DNA of 61,111 bases, the filler included, from Sphacelaria rigidula (lineage: Eukaryota), in the NCBI GenBank assembly GCA_964200075.2. It is 7 parts of 7 records of this genome, joined end to end, with 100 filler letters (N's around TTAATTAATTAA, not from the genome) between each part and the next. Parts side by side here need not be neighbours in the genome. Positions count along the whole stretch, not along the records: positions 34,981 to 43,624 come from CAXNAA020010501.1; positions 43,725 to 52,368 come from CAXNAA020010502.1; 5 more parts are not named here. One strand, given 5' to 3'. This document shows positions 38,601 through 52,468 of this stretch, in pieces (position 1 is the first letter of the stretch; each line of letters starts with the position of its first letter). The position numbers were made by a program, and so were the translations under genes. Under the pieces are notes generated by a model, which saw only the letters and a program-made list of their open reading frames with translations, was not told where the DNA came from and ran no database searches.

Positions 38601-40750
38601 GGGGTAGAGGAGGGGGATGAGGGACTGGTTTTTTCTGGCGATCGATAATCGGGAAAAGAACGCAAAAATAAACGCTCAACACTGGAGGACAGGAAGAGAT
38701 GGGGACAGACGGATGAGAGCGAGAAGGCGAAATGGAGTTTTAGTCGGAGACAGAAATAGAAGGGTAAATGTAGATGTAGGGAGTCCTCGTGTAGATATGA
38801 ACACTGTACGGTGGCGACGCTTCCCCTGACTTTTGCGCAAGGCAGGCGAGGTAGGTAGGGAGTAATGAAGGGCACCGGGGTTGAGTTGTCATGCAGTCGC
38901 CGTCTGCATCATGGACAATAACGAGAAAAATAAAAGTGTCTCAACCATTCCGATTCAAATTGAGAACAAAAATACCGCCGTCCTTTTGCCTCGTGAATTC
39001 CAACGCCAACGATGCACGGGGCTCCGAGGCCGAAGCGAAGCGTGTTCAGAGGCCGACGTAACCGCCCTATTGAGTGTACAGCTTTTTTTCTGTTCATAAA
39101 AGCAAAGCGTTGAAATCGAATCGAGACTAAATACGTGCACTACATCAGCACGAGTCATGCTGCGATAGGGGGGGGGGGGGAAGAATTTTGGGACGTTTCC
39201 TTCCACGAAATTCCATTTCAATTGCCGGTGAAAGCAGCCAACAGTTGTTCGCGCGCGCGCGCTCCGGATAAATAACCCTCATTCATACTGCTTCACGTCG
39301 ATTTTACCCAAATACAAGCGCACCGCGAGTGTCTTGGGACGCATCTAGGAGCATATGTTTTCGTGGAATTGCACACACCTCCCCCATCGTAGCATGGCTC
39401 ACACCTCGGACAATATATGGTCAACAGTTGCATTAGACAGTAAATGTACTGCTCAAAGTATGTGCATATTGCGACTATAAAAATTGTCGCCGTGTCAGTC
39501 GCAATAGACTCATACTTTGAGCAGCACATTTCTTGCCTACTGTAACCTTTGGACATATAGTCCAATCAAGTTATGTTCCCGATCCGACGAGAATTTGGAA
39601 TGCAGAAAAGCCGGTAGGTACGATACAAGACTCGGTATTTGACAGTTGACACACCATCCAGCCCCTGAAATCAACATCAACACAAACCACCGGTAAAAGT
39701 CAACCACCCGCACCGAACAGCCCTCCCCGGCCCAGAAAAACACAGAGGCGGCACAACCTAGCGGTGCTATATAGCACACACACCCCCCCCTCTCCCCCCC
39801 CCCTGCGGCCCAAAAAGGGGCTGCTTTGGGGAGGCAAAATCTAAACAAAGTCGGGCACAACGAGCAGCAGGGAATTTCAACGCTTGGGGTTTATTTTCGC
39901 CAAATGTCGCCTATGTGGGGCGCGTGATGAAACCAAACATCACGCGCTGAACGACCATATTCCTCGTGACAGTTTCGAGGTTCTTTTTTTTTTGAGGGGG
40001 GGGGGGGGAAGGGGGGGAGATTTTCGTGGAAAAAGTCGCCGATGACTCATCTAGGTAATACTGCGGCTTTTATGGGCAACATCAAAAGTCTACCATGATT
40101 TTGATACCAACTGCCACTGGGGTACAGCGCGCCGTGAAGGCTGTTTCTGACGGCACGGTTGGATAATGACTACAGAATATATTGCCAGCAAATGTACTGC
40201 GTACAGTATGGAATCTGTTGTTTGCTGCAATAGGCGCAATAGTCGATACGGTATACAGTACACTTTTTGAAAGTGTATTTTCTTGTCCAAGGTGTGTGCA
40301 CGGGTCACGCTTGAATGTTGCTCTATGCCTCGCACCCAGCAGTGATACATCGCAAAGGAAAGAAATTTCACACGAGCGATGGATTTTTGAATGTGCGGAC
40401 AGTTACACAGACGATGCACGAGGTACAGGACTCGTCTCAGAGGATGGAATGCCAGAGGCACGACCATCACCCTCAAGATCACGAAGTCATGATCCATGAT
40501 CACCCCAGTGTATACATAGTCTACTATAAGACAGCTCTTATATGAATTCGACTTTCATCGTTCGAGTTTCACTTCCGCCCATGATCTGACGGAGACTTAC
40601 TTTCCTCGGGGACTATATACTAAACCCCGTAAAGAACCACAAACAGCGGATACCCCCGCCTTGAGAATACATGTAGTAAGCGACAACATGGCAATACATA
40701 CTCCCACGACCCGGCAGCTACACAGGCACCCCCCCACCCACCCCGCTCAC

Positions 40751-43517
40751 CTCAGCAGATATACTCGATTCCTTAGGAGCTCCCTTAGACTGTTCCTTAG
40801 ATAGCTCCTTGGAACCGCTCTTGGACGGTTCCGCAGGGGGGGCGTTCGAGGAAGGGGCAGGCGTTGCTACGGCAGGCGTTACCGACGAAGCTGCACAATC
40901 AGTTCCCGCGGCTTTGGAGGTGGAGGAATCGCTGTTCTCCGCCGCACCGCCCGCCGCTTGGTCCGCGCCAGGCGCCGCCTTCTTGGTTGTTGCAAATTTC
41001 GATATTACCACAACAGGGTACACGGTTGGAAGGGAACCGACAGGAATGCGGTACACGACACGCATCATTTGACTTGACTCGTTAATTCATTGATTGTTGT
41101 GCTTTCACTGACCCCGCAGGAGTCATTATCCAGCCGTGGTCACACAATAGACGTACCCAAGACAAACCAACACTGAAATACTCGCTGAAGAAAACAAGGA
41201 ACAGAAACACATGGTGTAGTAGACCAAGACGTAAAAAACAAAAGTAATAGTTATGATGATAATAATATTATGACTCAAATAAAACGACCCAAAATCGACC
41301 TGTTGAATCGCGTGTTTACATCCCCGTCCGCATCTTGGGCGGCCCAGCCTGTACTCCCACCACTTTTCACCACCAGTTTCCACTACTATTACAACAACAA
41401 CTACAACAACTACAACAACAACTGTTGGAATATAAAAAGTGCACACCTTGGACAAAATGTGGTCATTGGATGCAATAGACGAGAAGTGTACTGCATAGAG
41501 TATAGGCCTATTGCAACTGTTGCTGACCGTCAATAGTCGCAATAGGCCTATACTCTATGCAGTACGTTTTTTTGTCCATCGCAACTGTTGACCATATATT
41601 ATCCAAGGTGTGAAAAAGTGACACGTCCGCTTCTAGCGGCCATAGCAAGTCGCACTTCACATTTGATTCTACAGGATGTGAAGGAGACCAACTGTTGCTC
41701 GACAGGGAAAAGTCATACAAAAACAATACACGTCAAGAGGTCATAATCCGAGCGGGGGTGGGACTCTGTGGCCGTTGGGGGGGGGGGGGGTGTACTTGCA
41801 CGTGTACCCACAAGTACCAACATTTCACACGTCGGACAGCTCATGAGACATCCCAGTATCACTTCTCATCAGTGTGCTGATCCGGATCATGACCTATATG
41901 TACCAGTTCCTTTGAACCTTTTTTTGCGTGCTTGCCCCCTACAGCGCAAAGGTATCTCTTCGGCTTTCAAGATCCGCTGTCACGCATTTCGTGTATCCTT
42001 CGACACGGGACCTGAGAGTGCACTTCGATTAATTATTTGAGGTAGCCCGTAAGCTGTGCGACGTGTGCAGCATTCCCAGCATGAACCAACAGTATCGATT
42101 TCTGCTTCGACACTTTTCTACGAGAACAACCTCCCCACACACGCACACGCACACAAAACGTGGCTGGTTTGGGGAGGCGAAATTTACACGTAAATCGAAA
42201 TGAAAAAAGCTAGGCACAACGAGCAGTTGCAACTTCCAACTTTTCGATTCACTTTTGTCAATGTCGCCCACGTGAGGCGCTTCATGCAGCCTGGACCCAA
42301 ACATCAGGCGCGGTATGACCATCTTCTTCGTGGCACTTTTGGGCTGTTGCTTTTTTCGGGGGGCGGGGGGCGGGGACGGGGGGCTACCGTAGAAAATGTA
42401 TTTCACGGAAAAGATATTAAATCCGAAATTTCGATGAAATAGTCCGAGCCGCGCTTCTGAGGGTGGATACCGACCGCCATCTCATCTCTATTTCGTCCCA
42501 AGGCATGCGTGCAGTACGCCAGCCGCACAGCTTGCTGCACACGTTACGACCGTGTCAATTGCGAAGTCACTCACGCTAGCCAGCTTTTTTTTTTTTTTTG
42601 GGGGGGGAGGGGGTCCCCACGTATACATACCGCAGTTTCTCCTCGAAAAATGCAGTCCTAAAAGTCTTGTCGGCATAAAATAGCTCGCTTCAGGATTAAC
42701 CAACACTACGCTTCACGTACCCCTATTAGTCCAAGCGAATCAAAAAGGGTGCAGTCAATCTCTCTCTGTTCAACCCCAACCCCAACCCCCTCCCCCTTAC
42801 AACCAAATGGATACATAGTATTGGAGCTCGGAAAAGGTTTGTCCAAACATTAAAACCCTTTGATAACCCATTGCCGATTTTTGTTCTGGTGGATCGGCAT
42901 AATTTTGACTTGGAAATCACTGAAAATAATGGGTGCCAAAAGGGTTGACCAGTTAAATGGTACATCATAGTTTGGTCATCGAGCGGCGCCGCCGCGAGTC
43001 CAGAAGCCGAGGGGGAGCCCGCTGGGGGCGCCATGCCGGAGGCACGTTTTTACGCAATTTAGTTTCACTAGAGCTGAATACACGGTAAATTAGTCAGTTT
43101 ATCAAGGACTGTGTGCAGCATACGTAGCCGGTAGCGGTAAAATAATGATTCGAAACCGTTATCCGAATTTTCCATATACATATAACCATTACCATCATCA
43201 TTATAATGATAATCGCCAGTTTGAACAGATTACCATATCCGAGCTCTACACATTAAATGTGTGTACATATATTTATATATTTCACACAACCACCATACCT
43301 GTCCATCTTCCTTCCCCGAAGCGCTCGCGGCCTGTTGGTCCCCCTCCTTACCCTCAGACGGCGAAGCCGACGGTACATCCCCTCCGCCGTTAACCTTGGC
43401 ACTTGCGGAGGCCGATGCCAGTGGCGTGGTTGTACTACTGCTGGTCGCCGCAGAGGTTTTGGTTCCGCTGCCGTCGCCACCTCCCTTCTTCGGCCGATTA
43501 CTGTTCTTGTTCTTCTT
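40751..43517 (-). CDS. Two internal exons of an unknown protein (Ala/Ser/Gly/Lys-rich, likely disordered)
   Basis: Exon 43517-43299 (ttttttttgcag|...CAG|gtatgg, 73 codons) and exon 40981-40751 (caag|...GAG|gtgagc, 77 codons; alternative acceptor 3 nt downstream). Both are phase 0, open and of similar composition. Confidence 0.65.
41442..41612. mobile_element. Foldback MITE with CACACCTTGGA TIRs and 8-bp TSD
   Basis: Perfect flanking AAAAAGTG duplication (41434-41441 / 41613-41620); internal ~35-bp-arm hairpin 41488-41565; related copies at ~39400-39555 and 40154-40296. Confidence 0.85.
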
Positions 43518-43624
43518 CTGCAAAAAAAATTGGGGGGGGGGGGGGACTCATGATCATGCATGCCATAGTCACGAGACCTGCCCTCGCATCCCTACAAAGC
43601 CGGGCCGGGGCACGCCGGGTTATC

Positions 43625-43724
43625 NNNNNNNNNNNNNNNNNNNNNNNNNNNNNNNNNNNNNNNNNNNNTTAATTAATTAANNNNNNNNNNNNNNNNNNNN
43701 NNNNNNNNNNNNNNNNNNNNNNNN
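43625..43724. other. Artificial contig spacer
   Basis: Same 100-bp block. Confidence 0.98.
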
Positions 43725-46700
43725 TTCTTATCGAGCGTGAGGCCAGTGGATTCTGGAGAAATCCCTCACTGAATAGCCCTCTTGTCCAGATCGTCTGGCA
43801 GAGGCTATAGGTCTGATGACGATGGCATGCATGATGATGAGTACACCCCCCCCGCCTCTGATTATCATCCCCCCCGCCGTCTATTTTTCGTCGGGGACCG
43901 AGCGGGCTGCTTTCGGGTTCGTTTCCATGCATCCTGGATCTTCACGGGCTGTTGCTACTCTTTCTACTATATGCCGACGGCGACGAATCTTTTTTTTTTT
44001 CGCCATCGCACTTGAACCTCTCCCATTTCTTGGGACGCCTCTTCTGTGGTCTCGAGGAACCAACCCATCTATCCCCCGAACGCGAGTAGCAACGAAAGGA
44101 TGGGTCAGCACTCCAGCACCACTTCAACTGTCGTCGACGAGACTCCTGTTTGTTGCTACAATATTCGCGTCTTCAGTTCCCTTTTTCAACGACGGAGATG
44201 AGATACTTCAGTGAGGAGAAAAGTCAGACTATATGCACCTGGCGAGGATCAAACCCGCGTTTCCTTTGGCCTGCTAACGGTGGTAGTTGTACTATCATAT
44301 CACCGGTACCGTAGTAGCTTTCAAAAGCTTTAAAGTACTATCTCTTAGATAGTTAGTATTGTATTTTACTGTCTCGGTAGGCAGAGTTGCAGAGGATACA
44401 CTGTTACCGACTGTGGAGCTCGCTTGTGTCAGATGGGGTTCACCAGGGGGCTGCGCGGAGAAGAATTGCGGACACGGACCCCCCCCCCGTCCCTCTTTTC
44501 CGAAGGGCATTTTTTCGAAAGTTGTCATGTTTGTTTTTGTTGTTGTTAATTTTGTTGCAAGAAATTGATCAACAAACACCCGGAAAAGTCGAAAAGTCTG
44601 GTGGGCTTTGCGGGGCTTGTACATTTGCTTCTGCTCCTTGCCCGCTCTGTGCCGATGACGTCAGATGCCGGTTACGCTTACACACATACATGTATGTACA
44701 CGAGCGCACAATAGCGACAGTCTGTAGCAAAAATAGCAACACTATCTCACGCCTCACCAAACTTGCCCGGATTACTGGTGGGTACTCGAGGCACACGACA
44801 CGGAACATGATCCCAAAAATAGACGTAATCATAGGAAGTGATGAGCTCAGGGTGGGCGACGTGTTCGCCATCTCAGCGGTATCCTCACGCCTCGGGAATA
44901 AAGTAGGGGGCAGAAAGCTGGGTGTTCCCCCCCTCAAAAAGTTAATTTTTCCATCTTGGGGCCTACATGTCCATGCATCTTTTTGCGCAACCCACTAGGT
45001 TCACGGGGAAACCTCTTGACGCTCTCTCTTCTAAATTTCGTGGAAAATTTGGATCATCCCCAAACTCGGCATTTTGGTGGATATATGCTACGAACAGAAA
45101 CGATTCTACAGATGAAGAATATTTCAAATCAAATTCGCTCAATACCGGCTTCCGGGGGTCCCAGCGTGAAAAACTCCGGAATCCAGTACAGGTTGACTAA
45201 TGATTAATAATTCAAATGGACGTTTCCGCAGGTGGTCCAAGGAATTTTCGTGCAAAGCTTCGTTGCGTAACCTGAACAGCTCATCCCAAACCGTCGATAT
45301 GAGCTAAAGCACAAAAGGAAAACGTCGGTTGCAGACTATAATGGAGTGAGTGGGGTATTCCGCGTACATTTGTATACTTCAACACATAGGGGAAATCTTT
45401 CACGCCGTTTCTTCGAGTTTGACTGAATTTTGCGCAGGTGCTTCGAGATATGTAGAAGGCTAAAATAATGAGGACACCGACACCGCCTCCTGAGACCCCG
45501 GATATCTTGCGAAAAAGAAAAACCCGTAAGACCCCATGCATGCAGCCCTTCTACAGTAGACATATCTCAGAGTTTGCTGCTGAAGCCTCTGGTATCCCTG
45601 AGTAGGATGTCGGCGTGTAGCAGTAAGCACACGACTGCTACAGGCAAAAAAAACACACACACACACACACAATGGAAAATTGAAGTTGGTCAAGTTAGGG
45701 CGAATAAACCTCACTCCCCGTCGACGCTAGACTCTTAAATCTCACGAAAACATTGTTCCATGTCAACAAAAGAGATGTTGATGCGCATGAGTGTCATGTG
45801 GCGGTGTGTTTGCGCCAGCCTTCGCAAGTGTTGCATGTACTCGGCACTATCAGGTGTATGTGCACTTTGCAAAGTGACCAACAAAGTTAAGGCTACACTA
45901 CACTGCAGGTGTGGTCCATCCCAGAAGGAGAAAATAGAGGGCCGGCAAATGCAAGTAATATCGACCATGTGATCCATCATGAATTCAGGGTTTGTCTGAC
46001 TCATTCGCGTGAGGTCCATTGAGGATACATATATATATATATACGTACAGTGCTCATAAATCCTGTGGCGTTCCGATGCCATCCTCCGTAGCTGTGGAGT
46101 GTTGTGCGATTAATTGATCAGACGGTCGCACGTTACCCAGTCCGCCCCAAGGGATCCAGCCATGCTCACAAGTTAGGCGGACCCACGGCGAAACAAAACG
46201 AAAACACCGGCTGGAGGAAATTCGAGCAAGAGAAGAAGAAACCGAGAAAACACCAGAGTAATAGGGAAAAAAACAGAAGAAACGTAAAGGAAAGGAAAGG
46301 AGAGATAAAAAACAACGCTGACATGGATCTAGTACCGGTCGTGCGATTTTAGGAACAGAACGACACAAACAGCCGGCCCTAGTTGCATGGTTTGACGTAA
46401 GTGGGCCCTGCTACATCAGTCCTAACAAGATGGACGGAGAGGGAAGAAAGATGGCCGTAAACGTAGGTTGCGATTCAGCCGTTCGGGAACCACACCATTT
46501 GGACAGATAAGGCTCATCCGCGAGCTCCATACGAGCGAGATTTAAGCACTGCAACAACATAAAAAAAGAAAGAAGATAAGGAAGGATGATGGGGCCCGGA
46601 AAATGAAAGATGAGAAAACGATACCCACGATCAGAGCAGAAGCCAAAACGCCATCCGTCGAAAGTCGAGAATTGCTACCGTTGCAACTCAAAGTCGGCAG

Positions 46701-47829
46701 TGACTAATCCAGAGGATTATACAGGGGTGTAAGACTTCTCTCGTTACCCAAGCATCTTCGACTCATCGCTAGTCAGCTACAAGCGGAAATGGTGTACACC
46801 GATCATACCGCTACGCCGTACGATGGTTTTCCACACGCCTGCTACCGTTAACAGAACACTGAGTTAGACGTTTCATCAGTGTGCCGTCATGGATGGGCAA
46901 AACCGCATTCCATGAACAACAGCATATCCATGCTATACCCCATGCGCGCATTCTGGATGACCAAGTTGGACGAGGAATGTCACATTATACACGCAACACT
47001 CCCGTCACGTTGTCGAGCAGACAACTTCTCGTCCTAACCCTCGTTCGGAAATGACAATCAATTCGAAAAGGAACATGAGGCTGTCAACTTCAAGCTTACG
47101 ACTGTATCGGCCCTTGTGAGCATAATTTTCTCCACTGTGCAATGTCTTCTTTCGTCACCACTCAAGACAGGATTCAGGCACACTTTGAGTAATTACTACT
47201 GCCAAACCTGCCTCAAGCATTTTCTTGAACCCTACAAGTAGTTTGCACTTACTTGTTTAGGTCCCAAAGTAAATCTCGATACCACATCAGGTTCGAGGTA
47301 CAACATGACAACGGGATGTCATAGTCTCTAGTCCTGCACGACAGCGAGCCCCCCTCCCCCCCCCCGAAGTCTGTGCAATCCGAGCACCGAGGAGGATACT
47401 TCCCTCTGGAACATTTTCAAAGTCCCTCGCGAACCCGATGGCTTCGTGTTCATGGCTGACGTCAACATACTACGAGTATAGCTGTGGTGAAAGTAAATTG
47501 TAGATGGCAATCCACATCAAATCTGGGGGAAACACGACAGGAACATTTATTCGTATGTAATCGCCTGCGCAGAATGTCGCGATATCGTGAAAGAACAATC
47601 TGCATACCTTAAATGCCCATGAAAACATAGAGATGGCCCAATACATACCAAGGGCTCGGTTGCTGATAAATCTCACTGGTTGACTGAAGGGCAAATTTGG
47701 AACACATTACAGGTGCGAACGACCGTGGCCATTGCTGTTGAATGAGTTGGCGTCGGGGCATGACTAAGCGCTGATTTCGTGGCTCGCGTCCATGCCTCTG
47801 CAACCTCAGTCAGTAAAATCACCATTGAC

Positions 47830-50800
47830 CTATCGTGTGTCACCCCCAAACGCTTTGACGTTTTCACGTCTAACCCAAGCCCACTCCGCACCACGCCCAC
47901 CCCTATCAACGAGCAGCATCTCCCTTCTGAAGCTGTGGAACGCTGGAGCCCCTTTCTTCGTCTTGTTTCCCGCACGCTCGAAGCCTCTGATGGTGTCCGT
48001 CAGCTGCTCATACACAAATCCATCCACTGGTAGGGGATTCACCTGTGAGGAGACACGTCCCGGACCAGATGCAGGGCAGTCAGAAACGAGTTCAGGTAGA
48101 TAGCGTGCTAAAACACAGCAGAACTTCGACAAGTCGTCACCCCAAGGACTACGGTGGGAACGAACAAAGCAGCGGCACCTGTACAGGACTCACTTCAAAC
48201 GAGTTACCGCCATAGGGGGTCACACGTCTCTGTCCACCTGTGGACAGTACAGTATTGGAGCGTAAACATCAGCACACAGGTTTACAACCTCACGTGAGAG
48301 CACGGATATAGGTACACCACAGAGACCGGCCAACCATCATGTAGGGAAGAATGTTACTCGCAGAAGATACTCTCGCCTGGGAAGTCGTACCGCGGTTGGC
48401 ATCCGGTGTCAAGCTTGTGGCACACACTTCGGAATCAATGTCTTCTCACCTTTCGAGCGGACTCCAACTGGCTCAGCTGCTTTGGATCATCGCCGCCACT
48501 CAGACTTTCTAGCGCTTTGCTTTTCGCTTCCTCCACACCGGTGCCCACTCCTTCTTTGACGATCTCTGACACCACCCCTCCTAACGTCTCTCCGAAGGCA
48601 GAATCAATTTCAGCAGGAAACGCCAAACCAGTGCACGCCTTGAGCGCAATGCTCCCAAGGACCAACCCCACCTTTGCCACTGGCTTTGTTTTCCTCACCC
48701 AATCCAAGAGCTCCTTCACCTCATATCCCTGTCCTCCAGGGCCGCAGTCCACCAGGCTCCTGTCATGAGCGCAGAGTAGAAACAGTCGCAAATCTCTGTG
48801 GAACATGCCCTTGCTGACCACCCTGCCATTTTGAAACCAACTCTGCAATCGAGCATTCCAGCTCTGATAACTTCTGTCGCTCTCCAAGAGAACCCCTTCG
48901 TGCGCTGGCAGGAGACACGCTAATCGGGGCACCGGCCACCGCAAACAGGCTATGTCAAATGCTACGTTTCGCAGCATGACCGTCGACGAGTCGCCGAGCC
49001 CATCAGTTTTCAACCTGTTGATCCGTGCCCCCATGCTGTTCGACAAGGCGTCCAACTTTGTCTGCAGTCGCTGCAGTCGTTGGTTGGCATCCCTTTCGAC
49101 GTCCCGACGCAACTCGTGCAATCTTTGCTCAAGAACAGCGTCGATCCTATTGAGTAGCACCGATTCCGACTCCTGCAGACTTGTGTCCGGTGGCTGCCAA
49201 GCGGGCATCATCTTGTCCAGTACCGTCTCCAGATTCTGTGGCAATGCAAATAATTATGTATGTGTGTGCAGGCGGCAGAAACGGCTCGTGTCTCAGTGAT
49301 ACAGGCCTTGATTTCGATAGCACGTTCAGAGACCAACCCTCCGGTGAAGCAAGTCCAAAGTGAGTCACACCGCGGCGACGCACCCAGGTGTTGAACGTGA
49401 TTAATGACGACAATATACAGTATGAACATGCCCATACATGCCAAACGGCTGACAGATCACGTGCTTCCCCGGTGCTTTAGCAGAGCTCACGTTGCTCACG
49501 CACGGAAGTAAACAGATTTGATCGTTTTCCTAGTACCATGGTGAGTGGTACAGACAGACATATTATTCAAGTACGGGCAGTATACATCACGCGTTGTCAA
49601 GGCTGGACGATGAAAAGTGAGCGCCAAATTGCGTGTATTCTCCATCGTTCAATGTCTGCTAGACACCACAGCAGGCGTTGTCGCGCATTACCGTTGCTAC
49701 TGCAATTCCGCGGTACTGTGTACGATCGAATCGATACAATGAAGCAGAAACAGCAGTCTCGTATAGACAGGGGTTCCATAAATATGGTCCATATTGACCG
49801 TGCCATGTACGATATGTTGAGGGGAAAGCTCAAACACGCTAAACCGTCAAACATTTGCATCCGGTTACGAGAACACATCGATAAACACCAAGACGCGCGT
49901 AATATAAGGACGTATCGGGAGTGTTTGCGCACCGATTGCGATAGTGTGACTCGCATGACTACGAAATACGTCCCTTGTCGTTCGTTTCCTTTTGAATCAA
50001 ACCCAGCAAAAACGCATCGTGTTCAGTCAGTCCACCATGAGCTACTCATTGCAATGCCTCAAGTTGTACCTCGAGCAGTACAGTTCGTACGGCGCTGTTG
50101 TGATGTTCCCTGCATCCTTGCTTCACGTTTTTAACTGAAGTGCGTGGTCGCTACCACAACCGCCGTGATTCCGATTGTGTTACTCGTTTCTCTGCTAGTT
50201 TGATTTTTTCAAAACCTATTACAAGAGTAGCAGGCTGTCCAAGCGTTAGAAGATAACGACCGCCAGAATATACGGTCAATGTCAGCAATGAGTGTCTAGA
50301 CCCCGCCAATCGAATGTCCAACATAGTTTCGGTCCTGTTATTAGGGGAGCTGGATGAGTGGGGGGATCGTCGAACAGTTCTTATCCGAAGGAAAACGGGA
50401 GAGAAATGCCCAGGCACTCTTCACATGCACACGTCAACCTCTGGTACAACCTCTACTGTGACTTCACCAAGTCCCTGCTCCCGAACGAGATCGTTATGTG
50501 AACCTTGGTTAGTTCCGGTACGTTCGTGCGCATCCATTTACTGTTGAGGGTTGCTATCAAACGTACAGGACGTGGGTATACAAGAACAAATCAAAACACC
50601 CCACAAGAACGGACAGAGCAATCGGGTTTGGATCGGCTGTTGAGGCACTATCCAACGAGCAAGAATATAGAGCAACACTCGAGGCTGACCTGATATATCT
50701 TGCTTTGACGGTGCTCCTCGAGCCCATCCAAAGTATCCTGCCAAGCGTCTTTTCCTTCCTTGATATTTGAAGAACGCGGTGGAAAGAAACGGAGGCCTCT

Positions 50801-51523
50801 ATACTGATCGTGCAGCAATTTTTCTAACTCTTCTTTCGCACGTTTCGCGGCGTCCCAAACCATCTTGTCTTCTCCCGCCACAGCGATCTCGATTCGCGTC
50901 GGCAGAGTGTCGGTGGGCTCGTGCAGACAGATCAAGTGTTCCATCGCTTCCATCGTAAACGACGCTCCCTTGTTCCAGCAAGCTCGAAACACGATGTCAT
51001 TGCCTCGACAAAACCATCCAACGAATTGGGCGATGATGCCGGGCGGTATGTACTTCGCACGAAGCTGAAAGGTGAACTGCCTGCTGACTGCAGTAGACAT
51101 CTTCTTTTCCAGCTCGGAGAGAGTACCGTCGGCCACGGTACTAGGCAACCGCGCTGGTACCACAAACTCACCTTTCGGCCCGCACGGAAACATGGCACCG
51201 TAGCTTGACATCGTTTCCGTTATTCGCCCACGCGCCGTTTCATCAAGACCCGGCACATCTCGCCACAGGAAGTTGAGGTAGTACTCCGACAGTCCGCCGG
51301 TTTCGAGGAACCTTCGGTGGGTGACCACTAGCTCGTTGAAGCGGACGTCATCTCCACGGCAATACTTGTCCACGTCACTTTGCCACTCCTCCATCTGTTC
51401 GACCACAGCCAGGCGGTGGTCCAAGAGCTCTCGCAGTAGCAGATTTATCCACGAAGGGTCCAAATGAACAAGATCGCACGCGAACAGCAAGGTACCTCCC
51501 ATTTGCCTCATTTTCAGCGCATC
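47830..51523 (-). CDS. ROCO-family (LRR-Roc-COR) protein, last three exons: COR domain, coiled coil, C-terminal domain
   Basis: Phase-0 exons 51523-50690, 49235-48450 and 48042-47830 (stop) have canonical AG/GT sites and give ~610 open codons. COR-type motifs LVHLDPSWINLLLRELLDH, FVVPARLP, IPPGIIAQF, CWNKG; C-terminal WPVPRL, RLFLLCAHD..L.DCG..GQGYEV, WAWVR as recalled from brown algal ROCO proteins. Roc and LRR exons are off the contig. Confidence 0.9.
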
Positions 51524-51694
51524 CTGTTCGCGTGCGGCAATGTGTACAAAGGTTGGGTTAAGCATAACGTGGCAGAACCCGCGTACGGACGGAATGTCGG
51601 GACTGTCTACGGCGTAAAAATAACATCGCAATACAAGCTGGTTCACGGTTTATCACCCAACAATAAACACTCATCGGCAAATACTCACGCCATT

Positions 51695-52320
51695 TCAAGG
51701 AGTTAGACGCTGAAATTTTGCACGAATGTTCCATGGGTAATTACGCAACTTTCGAAGGTCGTTTTTTGCTTTACTTCTTCACTTTTTCACCGTTTTTCGG
51801 GGGTCCCAGTTTTTTGGGGGAAACCTCGAGCCAATCGGACCCCCGTAAAACAGAAATAGAAAAAATAAAAACCCCGTTCCTTCAAAGTTGCGTAATGACC
51901 CAAAGCACAGTTGTACAAATCATCAGAGTCCAACTCCTCAAAACGGCGTGAGGTTTTTCGTTCTTGTGCGATGAACTTTGCCGTGCCACGGTGAAACCGC
52001 AAGCTGCTTGATTTTAGTACCAAAACGGCGTTTTTGGGCCTCCTTTGACGTGAACATGGAAATTCAAGCATCAGTTGATTGAGTTTTGCGACGAAAAATT
52101 GTGGAGCCCATCCTTGGGTTATGTGGAGGCAGATAGTTCCCGAAAACATGAAAACAAATCGCAGTGCCGTTTGTCTGGGGTCGTAGAATGGAGACTACTT
52201 CGAAAAACGACTCCTATCCCGTCGGACCCCCGAAAAACGGTGAAAACAAACTCAAGAAGTAAAAAAATATCGTCCCTAGAAAGTTGCGTAATGATACATG
52301 GCATATTTTCTAACTCCTGA
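51695..52320. mobile_element. Foldback/MITE-like element in the ROCO intron
   Basis: ~51735-51810 is an inverted copy of ~52222-52295 (TTACGCAACTTTC...CACCGTTTTTCGGGGGTCC), with a third copy at ~51836-51900. Confidence 0.65.
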
Positions 52321-52368
52321 TGACAGCGTCAAAGTTTGCGCGTTTGTGGAGGACGTGGGCTTGAAACG

Positions 52369-52468
52369 NNNNNNNNNNNNNNNNNNNNNNNNNNNNNNNN
52401 NNNNNNNNNNNNTTAATTAATTAANNNNNNNNNNNNNNNNNNNNNNNNNNNNNNNNNNNNNNNNNNNN
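52369..52468. other. Artificial contig spacer
   Basis: Same 100-bp block. Confidence 0.98.

Noticed and set aside
13346-51523. AAA-ATPase + nuclease + ROCO as a linked defence locus
   Set aside because: They lie on three different contigs separated by artificial spacers; adjacency has no biological meaning.
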